From an uncultured Bdellovibrio sp. (GTDB lineage Bacteria; Bdellovibrionota; Bdellovibrionia; Bdellovibrionales; Bdellovibrionaceae), in assembly GCA_963932905.1 (NCBI GenBank), contig CAWVRN010000032.1, positions 1 to 48,852 of the forward strand: a DNA stretch of 48,852 bases, given 5' to 3'. Below, piece after piece: positions 28,197-38,489 of this stretch (positions are counted from its first letter, which is position 1; each line of letters opens with the position of its first letter). Under the pieces are notes generated by a model. The model was not told where the DNA came from, ran no database searches, and saw only the letters and a list, made by a program, of their open reading frames with translations. The position numbers and the translations under genes are program-made.

Positions 28197-30242
28197 CTAA
28201 AACTTTGCGGTCATTCCCATCTTGTCATACAAGAAAGTCCAGATCAGCGTCTGGGCTTTCCACGCAATAGTGTTCTGGTATTGAACCGTCGTCATGAAGT
28301 GACCAGAATTGGGAAGTGAAACCAAATGGACATTGTCAGGAGTCGTAGAATGATGTTTCAACGCATGAGCAATTTTCAATGAGTGCGCCATGTTTACGCG
28401 CGAATCATTGCGGCCATTCATGAATAACATGTGTGGCGTTGGCGATGGCATTTGCGCCCGGAATACTGGGCTCCATTTTTTCAAGTAAGCTAATACGCCG
28501 GGTTTGCGACTGTCGCCATATTCATATGCCCAGCCGTCACCAAACTGAGCATCTAAAGCTTCTTTGCGTAGTTGATCGTTCACGCCGTTACCAGAAACAA
28601 CAATACCAATAATGTCTGGGTACAATAATCCCGTCGCAGAGACCAGAAAACCTCCGTTAGACCAACCTTGAATCGCCGTGATTGCTGGTGAGGATAATTC
28701 CATGGCATGAACTAGCTTGGCAGTGGCCACAAAGTCTTCCATCGTTTTGTGCTTGTTTTCAAACATCGCTGATTCATGCCATTTTTTACCGAACTCGTTG
28801 CCGCCGCGCAGAGCTGGTCCGGCGATGATTCCACCATTTTTAATAAACTGCGCATCCATTTTAGCATTGAATGAATTCATATAACCGGCGGACATAAAAC
28901 CACCATAGCCATAGATCAATAATCCATTTTTACCGTCGCGCTTTAAATCTTTTCTGTAGGTCAATCGCACGGGAATGCGTGTCCCGTCTTTGCTGGTAGC
29001 CCAGTGAATGGCGCTAGTGAAATCAACGCCATCAAAACTCATCATTTGTTTTTCTAGAGTTGGATCTAGGTAGCGTTTTTCTTTTAAAGAGTATTTAAAG
29101 GTTACACCTTGTTTAAAGTGGCTGCTAACCACGACGTCAACGATGTCACTGTCGGATTTAAAATTAACCGAATTTTTTAAACAGCACGATGGCGCAGGGA
29201 TCGAGGCGATTTCTTTGCCAGAGTAGTCCAAAATCTTGGTAACAATAGTTGGTCCCCAGAACGTATTAACTGAAATATGATTTTCGTGGAATTGAACCGA
29301 TTCAATTACAGTGTTTTTAGGTGTTTCAAATAACACCGACCAGCTGTTTTTGTCGCCTTGGCGACTATGACGTAAAATCTTGCCTTGGTTTTGCCATGAA
29401 TCGTTGGCAAAGATCATTGTGTCGCCGTTTTCACGTACGTTCAATGCACCGATTTCAACATCGGTATTGAAAAATGATTTAGGTAGAAATATTTTCGGTT
29501 TATCTTTAATGCGCAAGTGGGCGTGGTTGCCTTCGAATTTAACGTAGGCATTTGTGTCTACGAACATCAGGGATTCGTTTTTAACGATGAATGTTGCGCC
29601 CGTTTTTAAATTGTAGGTAGTCAGCGAAGGGCCCTTTTCACCACGTAGTTTTTTTTCTGCATTTAGGAAAAATAATTCGTGATCATTTTTCCAGGCGATT
29701 TGTTGACCATCGATTTGGAAATGTTGAACGACTTTCTGAGCTTTTAAATCGTAAATATACATCTGGAAAATATCGATATTACCGTTATCGGTAGCTGTTA
29801 AAATAACATGGCTGTCGTTAGGTGAGGCATACACTTGCAGTAAAGAAAACGAGCCATCGTGTTTGATCGTTGTTGTGTCTAGGATCTGTTTTCGTCCTGA
29901 TTCAGTGACTCGGAACAATGCTTGCGGTTTATTAAGTCCCATAAAACGCAGTTCGTAGCTGGCTTCTGGGCTGGCATCCGCGCTAATGGTCGTTGGCTTC
30001 GAATTCAGGCTTAATACGACATCAGAAATCGTCGAATAGTTCCCGGATTCACGTAGCTTCCGTATAGAATCGCCCGATTCTTTGCTGACCCAGGCGTCTC
30101 TGATGAGCGAATTTTTTTCTAACCAAAGGGCATATTTTTCAGCTGGTTCTTTATAGAATCCTACGCAGGAGTTAGATTCAGCTACAGCGAATTGAGTTAA
30201 AACAGAGATAAATGTCACGGCATAGAGTCGCCAAAATCGCAT
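28197..30242 (-). CDS. Secreted prolyl oligopeptidase (S9A)
   Basis: 'SKDGTRIP', 'YGYGGF', 'RGGNEFG..WH', 'GWSNGG', 'NDSRV', 'SGH'; signal peptide. Confidence 0.92.
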   Translation of the reverse strand: MRFWRLYAVTFISVLTQFAVAESNSCVGFYKEPAEKYALWLEKNSLIRDAWVSKESGDSIRKLRESGNYSTISDVVLSLNSKPTTISADASPEASYELRFMGLNKPQALFRVTESGRKQILDTTTIKHDGSFSLLQVYASPNDSHVILTATDNGNIDIFQMYIYDLKAQKVVQHFQIDGQQIAWKNDHELFFLNAEKKLRGEKGPSLTTYNLKTGATFIVKNESLMFVDTNAYVKFEGNHAHLRIKDKPKIFLPKSFFNTDVEIGALNVRENGDTMIFANDSWQNQGKILRHSRQGDKNSWSVLFETPKNTVIESVQFHENHISVNTFWGPTIVTKILDYSGKEIASIPAPSCCLKNSVNFKSDSDIVDVVVSSHFKQGVTFKYSLKEKRYLDPTLEKQMMSFDGVDFTSAIHWATSKDGTRIPVRLTYRKDLKRDGKNGLLIYGYGGFMSAGYMNSFNAKMDAQFIKNGGIIAGPALRGGNEFGKKWHESAMFENKHKTMEDFVATAKLVHAMELSSPAITAIQGWSNGGFLVSATGLLYPDIIGIVVSGNGVNDQLRKEALDAQFGDGWAYEYGDSRKPGVLAYLKKWSPVFRAQMPSPTPHMLFMNGRNDSRVNMAHSLKIAHALKHHSTTPDNVHLVSLPNSGHFMTTVQYQNTIAWKAQTLIWTFLYDKMGMTAKF

Positions 30243-30517
30243 ATGTACGTCCTTAGAAAAGGAAGCATCCTAAACCAAAGCCAGACGAAATTCTAATGTA
30301 GAGTTTTAGACGAAATGACCTTCTGTGACCATGTCTCCGGTTGAGACGCGACGGCAAAAAAGGTCATTTTTGGGGTGAGGGTAACACTTCTGAAAATCGT
30401 TTCAGGATGAGATTCTCTTGGCAAACAGAACAGATAGACAACTTGGCACGACTCTTAATTGTGGCCTATGAATCGCACAGTATTAAGACAAAGCCCTTCA
30501 AAATGAAGGAGGAGATT

Positions 30518-31288
30518 ATGAAAAAACAGTTACTATTATTAACAGTTCTAGCGTCGATGGTTGGTGTCGGTTGTTCAAATAAAACAAATACGGCAACTCC
30601 GCCTGTAGATGCTACAGTGACTACAAATCCAGCGGTTGATCCCGGCACTCCAGGTGGTGGTGGTACTGATGGAGGATTGTCAGACGGTGGTGGCGATACG
30701 GTTGATTTCACTCCTGTCAGCTTCTCGATCTTTAATGCTTATGTAGGAACACACCCGATCAACAGTCCTAAGAACATTAAGATCTCGGTAAATCTATCAG
30801 AGGTCGATACGACTCTTAAATTTGCGGGATCAGTTAAGATTTCATACGAAGACAACGGGCAAACGTTCACTGGAACTTTTGAATCAGGTGCAGACAAGAA
30901 TCAAAATATCAGTGGTTTGAAAGATAACGATGTTTATGAATCGATATACAATTTTTGGTATCGCAATCCAGCAGACGGCAAAACAGTATTCTCGGGAATG
31001 TTCCAAGATGCTTTAGGTTCGATCGTACTTGTAATCGATAAATCGGTAGACCAAGGCGATGGCCAAGGCACTGGATATGTCAGCGGTTCTGTGTACTTTA
31101 AGAACTTTGCTCAATCACAAGCGACGCAAAGTCCGTATCGTAAATGCTGGTTCATCTACACAGGTCCATACGATTGCCGATCTTCAGAAGTGATTAACAA
31201 GAGCTCTTTAACCCTTGGGACTCAAGAGGGATATAGAAAGCTAGGAACATTTACAGGTTTATCGAAAGCGAACGCATTTAATTTATAA
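30518..31288 (+). CDS. Lipoprotein, hypothetical
   Basis: AAGGAGGAG SD before ATG 30518; lipobox 'VGVGC'; Pro/Gly linker. Confidence 0.85.
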   Translation: MKKQLLLLTVLASMVGVGCSNKTNTATPPVDATVTTNPAVDPGTPGGGGTDGGLSDGGGDTVDFTPVSFSIFNAYVGTHPINSPKNIKISVNLSEVDTTLKFAGSVKISYEDNGQTFTGTFESGADKNQNISGLKDNDVYESIYNFWYRNPADGKTVFSGMFQDALGSIVLVIDKSVDQGDGQGTGYVSGSVYFKNFAQSQATQSPYRKCWFIYTGPYDCRSSEVINKSSLTLGTQEGYRKLGTFTGLSKANAFNL

Positions 31289-31320
31289 AAAATAAAAGAA
31301 ACTAATTTTTAGGAGATATT

Positions 31321-31971
31321 ATGGAAACGAAAAACTATTACACAAAGAGTAACTGGAAGGCCAAAGCCACACAGTTCGCAGGAATAATTGCAATCTCTTT
31401 TGCAGTTTTAATTTCCTGCCAAAAGAAAAATGATTCAGGCACGGTCTACGCAACACCGGCCCCAATCGGTCAAGCGGGAATTGTCGGCGGGTGCGCGGGA
31501 TGTACCTTTGCGCAAGCGCAATTAGGTACGCCGGTTTCAAATGGAAGCTCGATAGCCGTTCAATGGAACTTAGTTGGTGAACAAACAGCTGTTCAACAAT
31601 TACTAGCCTACGGATACTCGGCTAAATTATACTCGGGCCAAGTGGTATTAACTGGGACATTAACAGCACGAACGGCACTTTCTTTTGGTGGCGGATATGG
31701 CTACGGCTATGGATGTCAAATGCCTGCGGGGCAATATCAGATCACATCGAATCAAGTGGGACAGATGTCGCAAGGTTCATTCGGTAACATGCAATTGATC
31801 GCATCAGGTAATGGAGTTCAAATCGCATTCACATTGTCAAATGCAGTGGTCGCTGACCCATCAGGTTCAGGAACTATTCAGTATATCTTTGGTCAATTGA
31901 CTCCGACAGCCGCTGTTATCAACGGTCAGCAGATGTCATGTAGCGATGTAGGGTTCTACTTAAGCTACTAG
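31321..31971 (+). CDS. Lipoprotein, hypothetical (Gly/Gln-rich beta protein)
   Basis: AGGAG SD; 'VLISC' lipobox. Confidence 0.8.
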   Translation: METKNYYTKSNWKAKATQFAGIIAISFAVLISCQKKNDSGTVYATPAPIGQAGIVGGCAGCTFAQAQLGTPVSNGSSIAVQWNLVGEQTAVQQLLAYGYSAKLYSGQVVLTGTLTARTALSFGGGYGYGYGCQMPAGQYQITSNQVGQMSQGSFGNMQLIASGNGVQIAFTLSNAVVADPSGSGTIQYIFGQLTPTAAVINGQQMSCSDVGFYLSY

Positions 31972-32006
31972 AGCAATCCATTCTGAATACATATCAAAAA
32001 ATTAAA

Positions 32007-32036
32007 ATGCGCTTATCATTCACATGATAGGCGCAT
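32007..32036 (+). terminator. Intrinsic terminator-like hairpin
   Basis: ATGCGCTTATCAT-TCAC-ATGATAGGCGCAT followed by a T-rich tail. Confidence 0.55.
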
Positions 32037-32239
32037 AGTTTATTTGCAAATGTGTGTCTTAACGCCCCATTAGCCACGTCTTGGAATGCTCTTTCAGAGG
32101 GCATTTCCAGTAAAGTAAAGAAACCAATTTGGAACCACTTTAACTTTTAAGAATCTTACATTTTCTCTATCGTCTACACTTTCATAAACATAAAAATGAA
32201 TGCATTGACTTTAGAGTTATTTCTAATTCTAATGCTTGT

Positions 32240-33166
32240 ATGGAATTAAATTTGTGGGTCGAATTTTTTGAAGAATTGCAGAATGTGAGAGGTAGATCTC
32301 AAAACACGATCATGGCGTATCGCCGTGATTTAGAGCTTTGGATTAAGTTCAGACAACAAAATCCAACAGCCCCAGTGATCAACTTCTACGAATACATGAA
32401 AAATGAAAATCTGTCGCCGCGCTCACAAGCTCGCGTGATTTCATCGATCAGAACTTATTTCCGCTTTTGCGAATCCAAAGGAATTAAATCTCCTGAACTT
32501 CGCGAATTAAAACCACCTAAAATCAAGCTCTCTCTTCCAAAATCATTAACTCAAGATGAATTTCAACGTTTGTTTGAAGCGTGCGTAGTTCCTGATGCGA
32601 ATAAAACATCAAGAAACAGACTGACGCTGTTGTTGTTATACGGATTGGGATGCCGAGTTACTGAGCTAACGGGTTTAAACGTAAACGATTTCAATCCAAC
32701 AGACCGTTGGGTCAAAATTTTGGGTAAAGGCAATAAAGAACGCCTGGTTCCTGTTACTGAAAAACTAGCAGAAAGCTTAAGCTACTACTTAAAAGAAGTT
32801 CGTCAGCACCTTATCAAAGATGCGACACCTTCATTATTGATCAATGACCGCGGTAATCGCCCATCACGTGTTGACGTTTGGCGCTGGTTAGATGCGTGGT
32901 CATCACGTGCGGGTTTCCCTGAAACTGTTAATCCACATCGTTTCAGACACGGTTGTGCGACGGCTTTATTGGAAGGCGGCGCGGATTTACGTTCGATCCA
33001 AATGTTATTGGGTCACGCTAGTATCCAAACAACTCAGGTGTACACAACGGTGACCGCGAAAAGCTTGAACCAAACTATTGATGAACATCACCCATTAAGC
33101 GGTATTGAACACGAAACTGCGGCTCCGGTAGCCCCAGCTCGCAAAGCTGATCTAGATACTCATTAA
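32240..33166 (+). CDS. xerD: Tyrosine recombinase XerD/XerC family
   Basis: 'NTIMAYRRDL', 'GCRVTEL', 'GKGNKERLVP', 'PHRFRH', 'ADLRSIQMLLGHASIQTTQVYT'. Confidence 0.8.
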   Translation: MELNLWVEFFEELQNVRGRSQNTIMAYRRDLELWIKFRQQNPTAPVINFYEYMKNENLSPRSQARVISSIRTYFRFCESKGIKSPELRELKPPKIKLSLPKSLTQDEFQRLFEACVVPDANKTSRNRLTLLLLYGLGCRVTELTGLNVNDFNPTDRWVKILGKGNKERLVPVTEKLAESLSYYLKEVRQHLIKDATPSLLINDRGNRPSRVDVWRWLDAWSSRAGFPETVNPHRFRHGCATALLEGGADLRSIQMLLGHASIQTTQVYTTVTAKSLNQTIDEHHPLSGIEHETAAPVAPARKADLDTH

Positions 33167-33180
33167 TTATTCTATAATCG

Positions 33181-33204
33181 GACTCGAGGTTTTGATCTCG
33201 AGTC
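33181..33204 (+). terminator. Hairpin downstream of xerD
   Basis: GACTCGAGG..TCTCGAGTC inverted repeat. Confidence 0.4.
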
Positions 33205-33261
33205 TGAAGTTTTCCCTCCGTCTTTTAAATTCCTTTATCAAAATTGCAGTTAGTCCCGATC

Positions 33262-34755
33262 ATGAGAGTGATTGGATATAGTCAGCGTCAAAAAGAATGG
33301 TTACCTGTAGAAATTGAAGTCAGTTTTGTTCCTGGTTTGCCGCAAATACATTTGATCGGGCAGGCTGATGCGGTTTTAAAAGAAAGCCTAATTAAAATCA
33401 AAAGTGTGCTGCGTTTATTAGAAATCGATCTACCGAAAAGTCGACAAATCGTCGTCAACCTTAGGGGCGGGGATTTTAAAAAGAAGTCCTTGGATCTGGA
33501 GCTACCGATTTTGATTGCGATTCTGACTGAACTTGGCGTGATCGATTTTCTGTCTTGCGATGAGCTGTGCGCACATGGTGAGCTCAGTTTAGAAGGCAAA
33601 ATTTTTTCTTCAGATTTGCTGTTGATTAAAAAATCGGTGGGTCATCGGCGGCTGTTAACGGGTTTTCATCCGGATGGTTTGCTAAATGAAAATCATGCAC
33701 AATTTCTGAATGTTAAAGATTTAGTTTTAACTTATTCTATAAATGAGCCCGACTGTGGCAAGGCTAAAAAACAGTCGCGAAAAAATACGAATGTGCGGGT
33801 CAGCGGTGATGAACTATCGCCGACATATAATGTGTTTTCGAATCGAACTCTGTTGCCCGAATTTGAAAAAGATCCCGCTCAAGTTTTGTTCACCGATCAG
33901 GAACGCGAACTTTTAAAAATCGTCAGTCTTGGTCGACATTCCTTATTATTGATGGGCCCGCGTGGTTTAGGAAAATCGACATTGGCCGAATCCTTAAACT
34001 ATTTAGCCGAACCCCCAGATGAAGAAACCTTTCTTCACCAAATGAAGTATTTCTTTGTGGAAGATGGTCGTTACTGGCGACCATTTGTGCATCCTCATCA
34101 TTCTATTTCTCATTTGGCATTGATCGGTGGCGGTTCGCAATGTCTGCCGGGTGAAATCACGCGGGCCCACGGCGGGATATTGTTAATGGATGAATTCTTA
34201 GAATTCGATCCGAAATGCCAAGAAGCTTTGCGCGAACCGATGCAGAATAAAACGATTCATCTGGCGCGCGGGCAGAAGTACCAAAAATACGAATGTGATT
34301 TTCATTTGATTGCCACCACCAACTTATGCCCCTGTGGACAGTGGCTACCCGGGAAATCGGTGGATTGCGCGTATTCGCAAAGTCGCTGCAGTAAGTACCG
34401 TGACAAATTATCCGGCCCGGTGATCGACCGGTTTCATATTTTGTCGTTTATGCGGTCTTCAGGGAAAAAAGAAAAACGGCATACTTTAGCCAGCATCGCC
34501 CTGGAAATCGCTGCGATCAGAAACGATTTTAAATTTCGACGGCAAGAACTTATTTTTAACACGGCAGATATTTCTCACAGTTTGAAGCAACGACTTGATA
34601 GCGAACTGGGCTCATTGCGGCGATTAAATGCTTCGATTGAAGTGGCGAAAACTCTATGTGCGATCCAAGACACATCTAAAATTACGGATCAGATATTGAA
34701 CAAGGCTCTGGAATACACATGGAGGCCGTTTCTAGATTTGAAGACGTGTGGCTGA
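33262..34755 (+). CDS. comM: YifB/ComM Mg-chelatase-like AAA+ ATPase
   Basis: 'VEIEV..PGLP', 'GELSLEG', 'GPRGLGKS', 'PHHS', 'PGEITRAHGG.LLMDE', 'NLCPCG', 'LSGPVIDR'. Confidence 0.88.
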   Translation: MRVIGYSQRQKEWLPVEIEVSFVPGLPQIHLIGQADAVLKESLIKIKSVLRLLEIDLPKSRQIVVNLRGGDFKKKSLDLELPILIAILTELGVIDFLSCDELCAHGELSLEGKIFSSDLLLIKKSVGHRRLLTGFHPDGLLNENHAQFLNVKDLVLTYSINEPDCGKAKKQSRKNTNVRVSGDELSPTYNVFSNRTLLPEFEKDPAQVLFTDQERELLKIVSLGRHSLLLMGPRGLGKSTLAESLNYLAEPPDEETFLHQMKYFFVEDGRYWRPFVHPHHSISHLALIGGGSQCLPGEITRAHGGILLMDEFLEFDPKCQEALREPMQNKTIHLARGQKYQKYECDFHLIATTNLCPCGQWLPGKSVDCAYSQSRCSKYRDKLSGPVIDRFHILSFMRSSGKKEKRHTLASIALEIAAIRNDFKFRRQELIFNTADISHSLKQRLDSELGSLRRLNASIEVAKTLCAIQDTSKITDQILNKALEYTWRPFLDLKTCG

Positions 34756-34922
34756 ATAACAGCCGCATTTTTTTTCGATTCGTCCGAAGAATTCCCTCTG
34801 AGTTGGACGACGACAGTTTATGCCAGAATTTAAAGTTGTGTTATAAATAAGTTAGTCTTAGCCTAAGTGAAGTAAGAGAAGAAGAGAAGTAAGTGAACTA
34901 AGTTTTTTTAGGGGAATCGATT

Positions 34923-35321
34923 ATGAGGATTTTAAAAGTATGTGTGACCGCCGCCTATTTGTCTGTGGTCATTGTGTCCAATGCCCAGGCCAAAGTACCC
35001 GTTAAATATGGCGTCGACGAAAACGTGGACGCCTGTTCGACGCTGGGTCATGTTGAACATCTGAGTAGTGGGCCAGACGGATTTCTAGCTGTGAAGGATG
35101 CTCCGAACATTAAAGCACTTCGTATTGACAAGATTTTCAATGGCCAGAAATTGTGGATTTGTGACGAGTCCAAAGATGGAAAATGGTTGGGTGTTGTCTA
35201 TACGTCCGACGCCAAATTGAATTGTGGTGTTTCCAGCCCAATAGAAACTAGGAAAAAGTATCCTGGTCCTTGTAAATCCGGATGGGTCAGCAAAAAATAT
35301 GTAACCGTCGATGCCGGGTGA
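34923..35321 (+). CDS. Secreted SH3-like domain protein
   Basis: Signal peptide 'AQA'; 'GFLAVKDAP', 'KWLGVVY', 'GWVSKKYV'. Confidence 0.7.
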   Translation: MRILKVCVTAAYLSVVIVSNAQAKVPVKYGVDENVDACSTLGHVEHLSSGPDGFLAVKDAPNIKALRIDKIFNGQKLWICDESKDGKWLGVVYTSDAKLNCGVSSPIETRKKYPGPCKSGWVSKKYVTVDAG

Positions 35322-35495
35322 ATTTTAATAGACTGATTCGTTAGCTCAGATTTAATGTAAAGCAAATGACCGCAAGCTGGTCGAGTCTTGTTCATGCCCG
35401 AAAGTCTATTTCCTATTTTTGTTTGAGATAGGGCTTTTAGTTATGAGGCCTCCCAATTAAAATAAAGTCTATGACATTGCCATTAAGGAGGCTCA

Positions 35496-36541
35496 ATGGG
35501 TCCATTTTTTAATGCTGTTGTTCTAGCGCTTGTGTTCACAAGTTTTTTTTGCGCCCAAGTCAGGCCGAGGTAAACAAACACGGAACCGCATTGGCGGCTG
35601 ATGTTTGGAATTCATTAAAGACAGTCAATGAACTGGAAACCTTTTTGATTAAAGGTAAAAAGAAAGCGGACCAAGCCGAGATTAAAAAAATTCTGAGTCA
35701 GTTGAAAGTGAAGCCAGCGGCTGTGTTTGTAAATCGTGAGTCCGTCCAATTTGGAACATCAGAAACAAAATGGTCGCTGGATGTCGAGGGCGGCGTATGG
35801 GTGAATGGAAAATTATTCGTGGCCAAAGAGGGTAGCTCGATCGGTGAAACGTTGAAGCAGTATAAGGTTTGGAAAAAGCAAAACGTAAAGACATCGATGA
35901 TGAGTCTGTGGGTTCCTTCGGCCTATGCGCAGACGCAAAGCGGGCTTGAACCAGCGGATGATGCGGCCTATGTGACTTTTATGACCGAGTTCGGGCAATT
36001 GATGAACAGACCTTGCCTGTATCAAATGGCAGGAGAGGCATTGAAAAAAATCGCGGAAAAATCACCAGAGGGTGCGGAGCCAAAAATTACGACGATGGCG
36101 ATCATTTGTTCGGACCAAAACCCAAATAAGGAAACCATCTATGGCGCCGCTAGCGGATCCAACATAGCGATCATGATGAATGGTGAATATGCGAATAGCC
36201 CATCGACATCGAAATCCTATTTGAAGAAAGTCAGAATTTCGTTAAACGGTGAAAACCGGGTGAATGTGAACTTTATCGAATCCGCGACCGGTTCAGACGT
36301 TCACACGATGGAAGTCAAACCCCCGGGTGGTAAAACAGAAGTTCTAGATAAAAACCAAATTCAATCCAAATCCACCATCGCCTGCACGGCGGAGTTGGCC
36401 CAGCGGATGATCACGACCATAAACACAGTTTGTGATAACAGAAAGGCGTCTGGTTATGTCCAAAAGAGTCTCGGGCAGACCAGTGGACCCGCGCCAGCCA
36501 AAGCTGGGGCAGCAGCCGGTTCTGAAGCGCAGGCCAAATAG
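35496..36541 (+). CDS. Secreted hypothetical protein, frameshifted in a T8 tract (or sequencing indel)
   Basis: AAGGAGG + ATG 35496 encodes a signal peptide that joins ORF 35549-36541 if T8 (35543-35550) becomes T9. Confidence 0.7.
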
Positions 36542-36696
36542 GGGATTCAGCCAAGACTAAACGCGTCGGCAGGTCGCCGATGCTAAGGTTTTGAGCAATC
36601 CAAACAGGGGCAAAGACTCCAAAAAACGAGTTAGACATTTCCACTCACCAGGTATACAGTGGACTTTCCTTTTGCACGATTTTTAAAAAAATCAAT

Positions 36697-36770
36697 GGTG
36701 GGTTGGCCGAGGAGTTAGGCAAGGCTCTGCAAAAGCTTCTACGGGGGTGCGAAGCCCTCACCCACCTCCA
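36697..36770 (+). tRNA. tRNA-Cys (GCA)
   Basis: Acceptor GGTGGGT/ACCCACC, anticodon arm AGGCT-CTGCAAA-AGCTT, T arm GGGGG-TGCGAAG-CCCTC, discriminator T, encoded CCA. Confidence 0.93.
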
Positions 36771-37071
36771 AATTTTTTATTGAATAATCTCGAAAAAATA
36801 ATCTAAATCACTGAAATAATTAATTGAAGATTCAATGGGTTACGCTGGTCTGATTTTCTTAAATATAATTCCGAATAACAATTTCTAACTATGTTTGGTG
36901 TACTTTGGGTGTCCCTCAGGTGTCCCTGGAAAACGAATAGGTATTTCATACGAGCCCAGAAGATGACTGAAGGAATTAAATTTAAAGGTTTAGTTTGTGC
37001 CCACATAAATGTTGTGGTTTGTAACGGCAATTTGACTTAATTCTCCTCCTATCTAAGTCATTTAATAATTT

Positions 37072-38055
37072 TTATACCTTTTTCTCGGCCAAAAGCTTTG
37101 AAACCAAACTCTTTCCTAATATCGTTAACTGCCAATAACTAGCATAACTTCCATCCTGTAATCTTACAGTGGCCGTTTCCGAAATTAGACCAAGAGCAAG
37201 AAGTTGCATTTTAATCTTATTGACGTCTTTTTTATCCACATACAAAGAATACGAATCTAAATGGCGCTTGATCCCGCCATTGATAATTTGCTCAACTTGA
37301 AAGTCATATTTTGCGGCAAAAAGGTCTGGGCAAATTAGTTTGATAATTTCATTCCAGGTAATGCTAATTACAGGATCACGCTGTAGTTTTACTACACCGT
37401 GGACTTTGATTTGCGTTGTTGCTTCTCCGTCAGCAAGAGTTTCGTCGACAACGTTCTTAGCCAAGTCGCTGGCTCGATTTTTATCTTCCAGTTGTTTCTT
37501 TAAACTAATATTTTCATTTTTCAATGACACAATTTCAGGGAGGCTTTCAATTTGGTTTCCTCGTATCCAACCTACTCCTGGATTCGCTTGCACTTCATTA
37601 CCTAAGCTATTTAAAATAGAAACTGCTAACTCAGCCATGTTACTCCAAGGTTTACAGAGTTGATCTTTTTGGAGTAAGGATTTAAATAATTCTAATTTTT
37701 CGAGTTTGTCGCCGTCATCTACTTTTTCTTTTGGAAGCAATTTTAAATCGGAATGGATGAATGCAATAACTGGCTTATTAATGGATTTTGCATATTCAAA
37801 TTCTTTTTGGGTATAGCTAATTGTTGAATCATACAGAGAACCATACCTGCCGGCCACTATTACAATGTAGTAGTCGGACTCATTTATGACATTTTCAATA
37901 TGTGTCCATTGATCCGAGCCAGATGCTGGAAACAATTCCATCCCCGTCGGCAAATAATTTCCATTCGAAAGGATGGAATGAAGGATGAATGATCGTTCAG
38001 CGATAAGATCTGTATAAGTGGAAGAGATAAAGACTTGATATTTTTTAATTCCCAT
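37072..38055 (-). CDS. DUF4062 domain protein
   Basis: 'KKYQVFISSTYTDL..ER', 'GMELFPA', 'SDYY..IVAGRYGS', 'ISYTQKEFEYA', 'GWIRG'. Confidence 0.88.
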   Translation of the reverse strand: MGIKKYQVFISSTYTDLIAERSFILHSILSNGNYLPTGMELFPASGSDQWTHIENVINESDYYIVIVAGRYGSLYDSTISYTQKEFEYAKSINKPVIAFIHSDLKLLPKEKVDDGDKLEKLELFKSLLQKDQLCKPWSNMAELAVSILNSLGNEVQANPGVGWIRGNQIESLPEIVSLKNENISLKKQLEDKNRASDLAKNVVDETLADGEATTQIKVHGVVKLQRDPVISITWNEIIKLICPDLFAAKYDFQVEQIINGGIKRHLDSYSLYVDKKDVNKIKMQLLALGLISETATVRLQDGSYASYWQLTILGKSLVSKLLAEKKV

Positions 38056-38188
38056 TGATTTAGTAAACTATAATGGTTTAACTATGTAAACTTACCTAAG
38101 TCTAAATTGATGTTTAAACTAAAGGAAGTAACTTTTTAGAAATGTTTAAGTGAAGATAAGCCTTTCGGTCACCTATGTTTTCCAATAG

Positions 38189-38488
38189 TTATGATGCCGA
38201 CTTCTTCGCTTTCACTGTTATCTCAAGTCCAATCGCATTCAAAATCTTATTAATATTCTGAAGGGTAGGGTTACCTTTCTTCGAAGTCATAGCATAGATT
38301 GCTTGTCGGGCGATACCAGTCTCTTCAGAAAGATCAGCGATACCGTGAGCTTTTACAACATCACCCAAAGCTTGATTTAAAAAATCAGAATCGTTTTCTT
38401 CTATAGCAGAAACAATATACTCAGCCGCAAATTTTGGATCTAAAAGTTTGTTAGTAAGATATTTTTTAAACTCAGTGCCTTTAGCCAT
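38189..38488 (-). CDS. Addiction module antidote (HTH antitoxin, HigA/HI1420-like)
   Basis: 'AAEYI..A', 'ALGDVVKAHG', HTH, 'GNPTL'; directly downstream of the toxin. Confidence 0.88.
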   Translation of the reverse strand: MAKGTEFKKYLTNKLLDPKFAAEYIVSAIEENDSDFLNQALGDVVKAHGIADLSEETGIARQAIYAMTSKKGNPTLQNINKILNAIGLEITVKAKKSAS

Positions 38489-38489
38489 T

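Noticed and set aside
30443..30460. Sigma54 promoter TTGGCACG upstream of the lipoprotein pair
   Set aside because: The -24 box is good but the required -12 GC is missing (TTAA instead of TTGC)
32240..33166. xer gene as island integrase or integron integrase
   Set aside because: About 300-aa XerD-type protein without an arm-binding N-terminus or IntI insertion; outside the att sites; no attC array recognised
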